DNA of 64,000 nucleotides from positions 1-64,000 of the forward strand of contig NIVC01004429.1 of NCBI GenBank assembly GCA_002269645.1, written 5' to 3'. Both the position numbers and the translations under genes were made by a program. The notes beneath the pieces were generated by a model. The model did no database searches. It was not told the origin of the DNA and saw only the letters and a list, made by a program, of their open reading frames with translations. Numbering within the stretch: the first letter of the stretch is position 1; each line of letters starts with the position of its first letter. Shown here piece by piece: positions 25,029 to 35,134 of this stretch. Origin of the DNA: Macrostomum lignano. Taxonomy: Eukaryota.

Positions 25029-27749
25029 TGTCGTCTAATTCTGATTAGAATGCTAATTGGTGTTGCTGTTAGGTTTCTCCGATTCAGTGTGAATCTGGAA
25101 AATTTAGTTTTTAGCAGTTATCTGTTTTAGCCTACTGCAAGTAGTAAACGGGAAAAACATTGTTTTGGCTTAAGTTAAGAAATAAACCTAACAAAAATGG
25201 ATTTGATACAGAAAGCTTCAAAGTAATGAACTTAGATCATTTGTATTAATATATTCTGATATTTTGATTCTTCATGGCACTTTTTTCTCTTTTTACTCAG
25301 CTACTATAAATCACAATTTTTGCTAAGAACTTGTATTTGATAAACTTTTCTTATGATCCTATCCCTTTTTAACTAAAATTAATAACAAATTAAAGATTTT
25401 TTCTTTGTTTTTGGGTAAGTTGCAAAATATTCCTATACTCAGCCAATGCAATAGGTTTAGTTATTTAAATTGATTATTGTTTTTATAGTTTGAGATCTAC
25501 TTTTTTATATAATTTTACTTAGTTAGTCCTATCAATAAATAGCTTTTTAACTGCTATTTGTTCAACAAGTATTATTTGCAGAACTTCTGTAAGGTGCAAA
25601 TTTATAGTTGCTTTGGTAGGAATAAATTTTTGCAATAGACACTTTAATTATTATGAACCTGAAATGAACAAGTGGGTGCAGTTTAGGTGAAGTCTCACTA
25701 TCTATTTTCTTTTTAAGACTTATTTGCACTTTTCACTTTAAGAAATTACACTTTTAGCCTTAAAATTGCACCTTGAAATTAAGCACTAGGTGCCACTTTG
25801 CACCCTGTCTTTGGCAAAAACCCAGGGCACTTCAATGATAATCATTTTGTGTCCTATTAGAATAAATTTAGAAAACCTATAGATATATAACATAATATAG
25901 CATAAGTGCCAAAAATAATATATTGTAATAGTTAAACTACTATATAACTAACATTAAAAGCATATATAGATTCGAACATGTGCTTTATAGCCATTACCTT
26001 GTCATGCTTTATAAGAGCTATATGTCTAATAAATAAACTTTTACTTTCTTTCTCTTATAATTTCCTTTATCAAGCCTTTAAAAATAAGGTCTATACCAAA
26101 AAGAAGCTTTCTATATATGCCATTTAATGCATTAATAGTTTAGCTCAAAGCCATATAGGCAATAGTTTTATACAAGCCTATAAACAAATGTATAAATAAT
26201 GGCAACTTATATAGGCTCTTTGTACTTGGCATATGTAATAGAATTGTGATTTTTTATTATATACAAAATAATTTCTACTTGTTACACTTTATGATTTTTT
26301 AACTTATGGCATACAATTTTTTGCCTTAAACTATACAAGTTTTTTGGCTTCTGAATTTTACAAGAAACATTTTATCAGTTTTTCCATACTAAATTTTATT
26401 AAATATCTAAAAGATTAGAATTTTTTTCTTTAATATTAATTTAGTACTCTGTGGCTTTGCTTTTTAATGCAATAACTTTTGTTTTATGTGTAACAAGTGC
26501 ATTATGCAACATTTTAAAATGAAATCCCATAAGATTCTTATGATTACAAAAAACCTACATATATAAACCTTTTAATTATACAAGTTTGCCAAAAATGTGT
26601 GCACAAATGCTCAACTATTTATTAACCTAAATGTAACATGTCTAAGATTTTGCACAAAAATTATATCTTGGATTATAGACCTCTTCATTTTGTTTTATAT
26701 ATGTGTTCTAAGAGAAAGTTCTGGGGGTTTTTAATCTCTATCAATGCCATGTATTTGTTCTAGTGGTCTTTGTTGATTTTGTCATTCTAGGCCCTACTGC
26801 TAACACTAAATTGTGATAGGGAATTCCAGTACTTCTTAAAGTTATAGGAGGGAGGGGGAAATTTTGTATCTATATTGCTATAAAAAGTATGCTTGATTAA
26901 TATTCTGGTAATGTAATTGTCCAAGGGGCAAAATAGTCTAAGTAAAGCTAAATTCAATCTAGGAAGGAGAGAAAAGGCTATGTAGTGGACTAGAGTTGCC
27001 TGGGAAACAAAGGTGCATAATCATAAAGGGTAATTCTAATAAAGAATGGCAATATGCTTAATGAAGAATTTGATAAGGGTGGGATGCCTAATAGATAAAA
27101 AAGGAAGGATTTATAGCTTAAGGATAAACAAAAGGCCTGATGTCTAGAATGTCTAGAATGGCAAAAGGAGGCAGTATATCTAGAAGATAGAATGTCTAGT
27201 AAAAGGAGAAGCAACATACCTGTCAAATAGGACTAGTAATTGGCAAGGTTAGAGAGGCCCAAGAGGGCCTAAGCAAGATGCTAGGAGAAAGATCTATATA
27301 TCTAGGAAAGAAAAGAGCAATATACCCCTAATCAATAGTATATTCTTAGATAAAGAGGCAGAATGTCTCAGAATAAAAAACAATCAGCCAATTTTATTGT
27401 TAGTACTAAGATTGGCTCTTTCTTTTGGAGGCACTTTCAAGCATATTCACAAAGCAATCTGAACAGAATAAGGATACAAGATATTGTTTTGTATATTTTA
27501 GCTATGTATTTAGGTTTAGTTATATAGAGATAAATTGCAAAAATGCCAAAAACTATTTTAATAAGAATTGTTACTGTTTTTATGATAAAAAGATTGGTAC
27601 TGTTATATATGCAAATATTACATTACTTATTTATGCATTTAAACTTTTTTATTCAATTTTATGATGCAATTAGATTTAAACTTAAACTAAAGCTTTGTTG
27701 CATAATAATTTTTAGCTCAATTGCAAAATACATTGCAGTTTTTTTACCC

Positions 27750-28050
27750 TAGGCCTAGGCCCTAGTCTATAGCATTGTATTTCATACTATATATTTTAAC
27801 TTCTAAAGACTCTAAGAATGCAAATTGTTTTCAAGGGAGTGCCTTCTTCTGACCAATAGAATTAAAATTAAAATCTCCTAAGATAACTTCTATCCCTATT
27901 GCAGCCAAGGTCTGTATTGCACCAAATACCTCCCTTTTTATGCCAGCTAATAGTCTAGAGGTTTAGGGTTGTTGTGACAATGCAATAAAGGACTCTTCAT
28001 TTTTTGGGGTTGCTGCTACACAATGTACAATTATTTGCTTAAATAGTAGT
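27750..28050 (-). pseudogene. Decayed reading frame with an EEP/APE-endonuclease-like motif
   Basis: Manual minus-strand translation: IIVHCVAATP...IGIEVILGDFNFNS...NAID, with GDFN at 27878-27867. The frame has few stops for AT-rich DNA. Confidence 0.35.
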
Positions 28051-28711
28051 ACATTTTAGTCATGTTTTATGCGCATATATTTAGCCTTTAGGCCTACACA
28101 GTGACAGCTTAGGCATAAATTTCAAATTAAGCATTTGATTACAAAATGACATTAAATCCCATATCAATCCCATATCAAAAGCCCATATGTATGAATTCAG
28201 TTTATGTGCGCTGGTCACTGCAGTTTCAAAGAAAAGTAAACTAAAAAGATTTGATTGATAAAACAAAACATTTTTAGTTAAGAAAAGCCCATATTTTTGT
28301 ATTAAAGTTTAACAGTATTTTTGCAAAATAAAAATTTTCATTTTTGACTTGCGATACTTATGTAAATTAAATTAAGTGAAAAGAAGAAGTAAGTTCCGAT
28401 AAATTGCCACGCCGGGGTGGTTGATTTTCAGCCTTTTAATTTATTGAGTTTCTTTCAAAAGCGTGGGTAGACTCTGCTAAATTTAGGAAAATAAATGAGC
28501 TAAATATTTTCGAAGTAACTCATTCTTTCGATAACTCATTCTTCGCTTTAATTAAATTTTGATCGAAGTACCCGCAGTACATGTTATGTGTCTGGATGCA
28601 CCGTCGTGTTGACTCTGCACCTTACATGGTACTTTAATAGCCGCGGAAAAGCACATGGGATTAGATCAACCGATTAAGCTTTCTTTGCTAGAGAGGAAGC
28701 GAAAATGTTAA

Positions 28712-30429
28712 AGGGGATGTCAACTTAAGCACCAGAATGGAGCCCGAAGTTCAGCTCCGGACCAAACCGACTGCAATCGATAACTTGTCGGCCCAGACGA
28801 CTAGAATCGCCGAGACATCCCATCCGGCTCCCTTCCTTGGGGTCCCAGGGGATAAAGGGGATAAAATGGGGATCTCATGTCAACTTAAGGCTCTGGAATG
28901 GAGCCCGAAGTTCAGCTCCGGCCCAAACCGACTGCAATCGATAACTTGTCGGCCCAGACGACTAGAATCGCCGAGACATCCCATCCGGCTCCCTTCCTTG
29001 GGGTCCCAGGGGATAAAGGGGATAAAATGGGGATCTCATGTCAACTTAAGGCTCTGGAATGGAGCCCGAAGTTCAGCTCCGGACCAAACCGACTGCAATC
29101 GATAACTTGTCGGCCCAGACGACTAGAATCGCCGAGACATCCCATCCGGCTCCCTTCCTTGGGGTCCCAGGGGATAAAGGGGATAAAATGGGGATCTCAT
29201 GTCAACTTAAGGCTCTGGAATGGAGCCCGAAGTTCAGCTCCGGCCCAAACCGACTGCAATCGATAACTTGTCGGCCCAGACGACTAGAATCGCCGAGACA
29301 TCCCATCCGGCTCCCTTCCTTGGGGTCCCAGGGGATAAAGGGGATAAAATGGGGATCTCATGTCAACTTAAGGCTCTGGAATGGAGCCCGAAGTTCAGCT
29401 CCGGACCAAACCGACTGCAATCGATAACTTGTCGGCCCAGACGACTAGAATCGCCGAGACATCCCATCCGGCTCCCTTCCTTGGGGTCCCAGGGGATAAA
29501 GGGGATAAAATGGGGATCTCATGTCAACTTAAGGCTCTGGAATGGAGCCCGAAGTTCAGCTCCGGACCAAACCGACTGAAATCGATAACTTGTCGGCCCA
29601 GACGACTAGAATCGCCGAGACATCCCATCCGGCTCCCTTCCTTGGGGTCCCAGGGATAAAGGGGATAAAATGGGGATCTCATGTCAACTTAAGGCTCTGG
29701 AATGGAGCCCGAAGTTCAGCTCCGGACCAAACCGACTGCAATCGATAACTTGTCGGCCCAGACGACTAGAATCGCAGAGACATCCCATCCGGCTCCCTTC
29801 CTTGGGGTCCCAGGGGATAAAGGGGATAAAATGGGGATCTCATGTCAACTTAAGGCTCTGGAATGGAGCCCGAAGTTCAGCTCCGGCCCAAACCGACTGC
29901 AATCGATAACTTGTCGGCCCAGACGACTAGAATCGCCGAGACATCCCATCCGGCTCCCTTCCTTGGGGTCCCAGGGGATAAAGGGGATAAAATGGGGATC
30001 TCATGTCAACTTAAGGCTCTGGAATGGAGCCCGAAGTTCAGCTCCGGACCAAACCGACTGCAATCGATAACTTGTCGGCCCAGACGACTAGAATCGCCGA
30101 GACATCCCATCCGGCTCCCTTCCTTGGGGTCCCAGGGGATAAAGGGGATAAAATGGGGATCTCATGTCAACTTAAGGCTCTGGAATGGAGCCCGAAGTTC
30201 AGCTCCGGACCAAACCGACTGCAATCGATAACTTGTCGGCCCAGACGACTAGAATCGCCGAGACATCCCATCCGGCTCCCATCCTTGGGGTCCCAGGGGA
30301 TAAAGGGGATAAAATGGGGATCTCATGTCAACTTAAGGCTCTGGAATGGAGCCCGAAGTTCAGCTCCGGACCAAACCGACTGAAATCGATAACTTGTCGG
30401 CCCAGACGACTAGAATCACCGAGACATCC
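28712..30429 (+). repeat. Left arm: about 10.7 tandem copies of a 161-bp unit
   Basis: Unit ATGs at 28737, 28898, 29059, 29220, 29381, 29542, 29702, 29863, 30024, 30185 and 30346; one unit is 160 bp. Confidence 0.98.
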
Positions 30430-31432
30430 GCTGTGCCACTATGTTCCGCTATGTGCTACTTTGCTGCCATTAAGCAGGACAAATGTGTTAACGAGAGGCA
30501 CAAACCGTATCAGTGGCTGCCGTCAGCCGGCTTCAGTGAGCCCAGCCGATTAGACGTTGTTATCGAGCCTCGATGGCAAAGTACAACCGGGCGCATCCAG
30601 GTTTTGAATCATTTAAACAGCTCCACCGTCATGGACAGGGCTATCGTTGTTCGAATTCGGTCAGAATTTCATGCGCCGAGTGCCAACGAACTGAACGAAA
30701 TTGAGCAGCTGCACTTCAACTGTGATCTGAAGCGTGCCCCCCTGCTAACACAAGGGCATGGATTGCCGTCAACCCGCTGGATCCAAAAGCTCGGGGTTCC
30801 CCCGAATTCACACAGTGAATTTGTCAGAGGTTTCGGTGGATCCGTATCAACTAAATCAAGCCGATTATTACATTCAAAACATTCGTGTCAAGGAGGTTCT
30901 CGATAGCTACGAAGGTGACTCCTGGAGAGACTTTGAGTTACACATCCAAGCCGCCGGGAGTGTTGGAAGTTTCGGCAAGCGACGCCGCTAGAAAACTGGA
31001 GCAACCGATTCGGTCGGTGGCATCCGTCTTGATTTTTCTTGATTTGATTTTGTCGTTTTCTCGCGCCATAATTCAAAATCCTACCGCGTGATTCTTAGAG
31101 TGTGTGACAGCAGCGGACAATCGCTTTGGTTTTAGAGATCCAGGATTGCAACTTCTTCCTGGCTTCTACTCGTCAGCAAAAGCAGGAAGTAGGACTGCAG
31201 GCTGCGATTGTCATGTACGAGCGTAATGGCAGTGCTCAAACTCCTGGGCTGCTACGCTTACCACCAAGATACATATGTAGCTATCGAAGGTCTGGTGCCG
31301 GCCTTCGCTTTGTTGATTTCGCTCTTCCACGCAGCCTTGTTGCCAGACTTTATGCTAGAGAAAACGCATTACCACAGCAGCGAAAGCCTACTGAGCAACA
31401 GTTTAGGGGCCAGCGAGAGGAGTTTCAGTCAG
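30430..31432 (+). pseudogene. Fragment of a divergent DDE_Tnp_4-like transposase with a SWIM-like C-terminus; several frameshifts and a stop
   Basis: SRLDVVIEPRWQSTTGRIQ (30544-30600), FPRI...PYQLNQADYYIQ (30797-30877), GFYSSAKAGSRTAGCDCHV (31161-31217) and SVMAVLKLLGCY appear in the order expected from recalled invertebrate DDE_Tnp_4+SWIM transposases (SRLVTxxRWVVESxNGRIK, GxYQLKQAxSY, GWYCxCKxGARTVGCCAHVASV). Confidence 0.6.
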
Positions 31433-33494
31433 CCCAAGGAAGGGAGCCGGATGGGATGTCTCTGCGATTCTAGTCGTCTGGGCCGACAAGTTATCGATTG
31501 CAGTCGGTTTGGTCCGGAGCTGAACTTCGGGCTCCATTCCAGAGCCTTAAGTTGACATGAGATCCCCATTTTATCCCCTTTATCCCCTGGGACCCCAAGG
31601 AAGGGAGCCGGATGGGATGTCTCGGCGATTCTAGTCGTCTGGGCCGACAAGTTATCGATTTCAGTCGGTTTGGTCCGGAGCTGAACTTCGGGCTCCATTC
31701 CAGAGCCTTAAGTTGACATGAGATCCCCATTTTATCCCCTTTATCCCCTGGGACCCCAAGGAAGGGAGCCGGATGGGATGTCTCGGCGATTCTAGTCGTC
31801 TGGGCCGACAAGTTATCGATTGCAGTCGGTTTGGTCCGGAGCTGAACTTCGGGCTCCATTCCAGAGCCTTAAGTTGACATGAGATCCCCATTTTATCCCC
31901 TTTATCCCCTGGGACCCCAAGGAAGGGAGCCGGATGGGATGTCTCGGCGATTCTAGTCGTCTGGGCCGACAAGTTATCGATTGCAGTCGGTTTGGGCCGG
32001 AGCTGAACTTCGGGCTCCATTCCAGAGCCTTAAGTTGACATGAGATCCCCATTTTATCCCCTTTATCCCCTGGGACCCCAAGGAAGGGAGCCGGATGGGA
32101 TGTCTCGGCGATTCTAGTCGTCTGGGCCGACAAGTTATCGATTGCAGTCGGTTTGGTCCGGAGCTGAACTTCGGGCTCCATTCCAGAGCCTTAAGTTGAC
32201 ATGAGATCCCCATTTTATCCCCTTTATCCCCTGGGACCCCAAGGAAGGGAGCCGGATGGGATGTCTCGGCGATTCTAGTCGTCTGGGCCGACAAGTTATC
32301 GATTGCAGTCGGTTTGGGCCGGAGCTGAACTTCGGGCTCCATTCCAGAGCCTTAAGTTGACATGAGATCCCCATTTTATCCCCTTTATCCCCTGGGACCC
32401 CAAGGAAGGGAGCCGGATGGGATGTCTCGGCGATTCTAGTCGTCTGGGCCGACAAGTTATCGATTGCAGTCGGTTTGGTCCGGAGCTGAACTTCGGGCTC
32501 CATTCCAGAGCATTAAGTTGACATGAGATCCCCATTTTATCCCCTTTATCCCCTGGGACCCCAAGGAAGGGAGCCGGATGGGATGTCTCGGTGATTCTAG
32601 TCGTCTGGGCCGACAAGTTATCGATTGCAGTCGGTTTGGGCCGGAGCTGAACTTCGGGCTCCATTCCAGAGCCTTAAGTTGACATGAGATCCCCATTTTA
32701 TCCCCTTTATCCCCTGGGACCCCAAGGAAGGGAGCCGGATGGGATGTCTCGGCGATTCTAGTCGTCTGGGCCGACAAGTTATCGATTGCAGTCGGTTTGG
32801 GCCGGAGCTGAACTTCGGGCTCCATTCCAGAGCCTTAAGTTGACATGAGATCCCCATTTTATCCCCTTTATCCCCTGGGACCCCAAGGAAGGGAGCCGGA
32901 TGGGATGTCTCGGCGATTCTAGTCGTCTGGGCCGACAAGTTATCGATTGCAGTCGGTTTGGGCCGGAGCTGAACTTCGGGCTCCATTCCAGAGCCTTAAG
33001 TTGACATGAGATCCCCATTTTATCCCCTTTATCCCCTGGGACCCCAAGGAAGGGAGCCGGATGGGATGTCTCGGCGATTCTAGTCGTCTGGGCCGACAAG
33101 TTATCGATTGCAGTCGGTTTGGTCCGGAGCTGAACTTCGGGCTCCATTCCAGAGCCTTAAGTTGACATGAGATCCCCATTTTATCCCCTTTATCCCCTGG
33201 GACCCCAAGGAAGGGAGCCGGATGGGATGTCTCGGCGATTCTAGTCGTCTGGGCCGACAAGTTATCGATTGCAGTCGGTTTGGGCCGGAGCTGAACTTCG
33301 GGCTCCATTCCAGAGCCTTAAGTTGACATGAGATCCCCATTTTATCCCCTTTATCCCCTGGGACCCCAAGGAAGGGAGCCGGATGGGATGTCTCGGCGAT
33401 TCTAGTCGTCTGGGCCGACAAGTTATCGATTGCAGTCGGTTTGGTCCGGAGCTGAACTTCGGGCTCCATTCTGGTGCTTAAGTTGACATCCCCT
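31433..33494 (-). repeat. Right arm: about 12.8 tandem copies of the same 161-bp unit, inverted
   Basis: Unit ATGs on the minus strand at 33469, 33308 and every 161 bp down to 31537. Confidence 0.98.
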
Positions 33495-34673
33495 TTGTCA
33501 TGAAACATTTTGTCATATGTAATTGTTGTTCACATTGTTTTTTATTTTATATAAGATCAAAAGTTGTAAATACTCACAAGTGGCATTAGCTTTAGAATTA
33601 TTGATTTAGAAAACTGCGGCATTTGTAGGTAAAGTCTTAATAAAGTCCTAAAGTCCTAGTTTGAATTTTGCTTCCGCAAGCATCTTTAACTGCATTCTAT
33701 ATTTAGACGTAATCAGACGTTGATCGTGGGTTGAATTTTAATATTCCATGAACCTGCAGCACGTTCTTCTCAATGTACGCCCTCGCTGCATTGTGTGATC
33801 GCACTTACAATGATTTAGGTAACCCTTACATCTAAATGTAGTCTCGACGACAGAATTCAACCTCTGTCAATGCATCCATGTATATAGAGTAAGCAATCGC
33901 CTTGGAAGCGATGACGCTGAGTGCACAAGCCAGAAAAGCGTAGTATATAGTGTATTTTTATACACATCTATATTTTTTTCTAATTTTTAGCGACCCAAAC
34001 CGGAAAATGTGCCAGACTCTAGAACTTTGCCTCCTATAACAGCTATAGCTTAGGCATGACTTCGTGCGGTCAATGTGAGCACTGTATGCGGTGCATTTAC
34101 ACTGAGCAAATATACGACTCCCCAATTGCTGAACTATGATAGCGGAGCAGTTGCCAATAATCCTGCCTGCATGGAGATTCGAGAGTTCAAGGCATGGAGA
34201 TGTCCCCTGCCTACCTAACTACCTCACTATCCTGATTGCCTGTCGAGAAGAGAACGTAGGTTCACCTTTTTTTAGCTGAGCTGCCTGGTGTGTGTGCACT
34301 CTTGTCCAAGCTGTCAAGTTTGCTATCAAGCCATGCAGCCTGACAAGTTAGCAGACATGCGAATATAAGTTTATAATATATTGAATAGTATTGCACGTGT
34401 AGCAGTGGGCTTAAACACGAGAAATTTACCTTGGATTAAAACTTAAGCTATGGTATGCCTTTCTGAGGGAGCAACGTAGATAGCTAGCTAGATAGATAGC
34501 CACGTACAGGTAAATCTAACAAATCCATGTTAAATACGTTTGTAGACAGGAGCCTTGGAGACAAGTATTGAAATAATGAAAGATGACTGACAACCGATAA
34601 ATTAAAAATATCCATATGCTAACATATTAATATCAAGGATGCTAATATAAACCTACATATGTATACACAGGTC

Positions 34674-34866
34674 GGGGGGCATAGCCTGTAGTGTGGTCTG
34701 TCGCGGTGCTCTGGTGTGCCAGAGGCCCAGGCTCGATTCCAAGTGCAGTCACATTAATTTTGGCTTGATTGGAATCTCGGCTTGGCTCTGCTCGTGCAAT
34801 TGACGGCCTTGAGGACCAACCCCAAGGCACAGTGAAGTGTACATGCCTAACGATAAATAAAGTTAG
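34674..34866 (+). mobile_element. Second tRNA-derived SINE-like element
   Basis: GGGGGGCA start, A-box-like TAGCCTGTAGTGTGG, anticodon-like hairpin CTCTG-GTGTGC-CAGAG, B-box GGCTCGATTCC (34730-34740) and an A-rich end. Confidence 0.5.
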
Positions 34867-34924
34867 GGCCGCTGTACACTCCTGTGTGAGTGTGTGCCTG
34901 TGCGTATGACTGCGCAAGTATCAG

Positions 34925-35134
34925 CGCTCTTGTATGCCACATCATCCACGCCGAGTCGTACTGCCCACAGCCGGTGCAGGATCGATGCTGCTGCTGACGC
35001 TGCAGGCATCCTACCGGTGGGTGCAGGCCCGCACTCAGCGCATCGTCGATTGCCTGCTGGCTGACGCCGGCGCCCAGGATGCGGCCGGCGGCGTGGCGTT
35101 CGTTCGCGACCCGGCCCTGAGGCGCGCCCTGTGA
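34925..35134 (+). other. GC-rich exon-like fragment of unknown product
   Basis: Acceptor-like GTATCAG ends at 34924. It reads LVCHIIHAESYCPQPVQ, then after a one-base shift GSMLLLTLQASYRWVQARTQRIVDCLL...RRAL*. Confidence 0.3.

Larger units (their letters stand above)
28712..33494. mobile_element. Foldback-like non-autonomous DNA transposon with satellite-array inverted arms (Kolobok-type ends favoured, Spy-type alternative)
   Basis: The outer end AGGGGATGTCAACTTAAGCACCAGAATGGAGCCC has its exact reverse complement at the other end. Left flank TTAA (28708-28711); right flank TT[GTCATGA]AA. The core carries transposase-like motifs. Confidence 0.85.

Noticed and set aside
26940-27400. Purine-rich segment as a decayed RS-protein exon
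   Set aside because: It needs too many assumed back-mutations and I could not recover a consistent frame.
28737-28897. 161-bp unit as a satellite-borne hammerhead or twister ribozyme
   Set aside because: No CUGANGA plus GAAA core on either strand. GGTCCCAGGGGATAAA only superficially resembles twister and I could not build its pseudoknots. An Infernal/Rfam scan would settle it.
30990-31050. RKLEQPIRSVASVLIFL as the SWIM motif of the transposase relic
   Set aside because: It has no Cys or His ligands; the block at 31161-31217 fits the motif better.
28712-33494. 161-bp arrays as a CRISPR array
   Set aside because: No unique spacers, no cas genes, and a eukaryotic context.
28737-33508. Many near-identical 119-135 aa ORFs (MEPEVQLR...)
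   Set aside because: They are translations of the 161-bp tandem unit, shift frame in every unit and show no protein motif.
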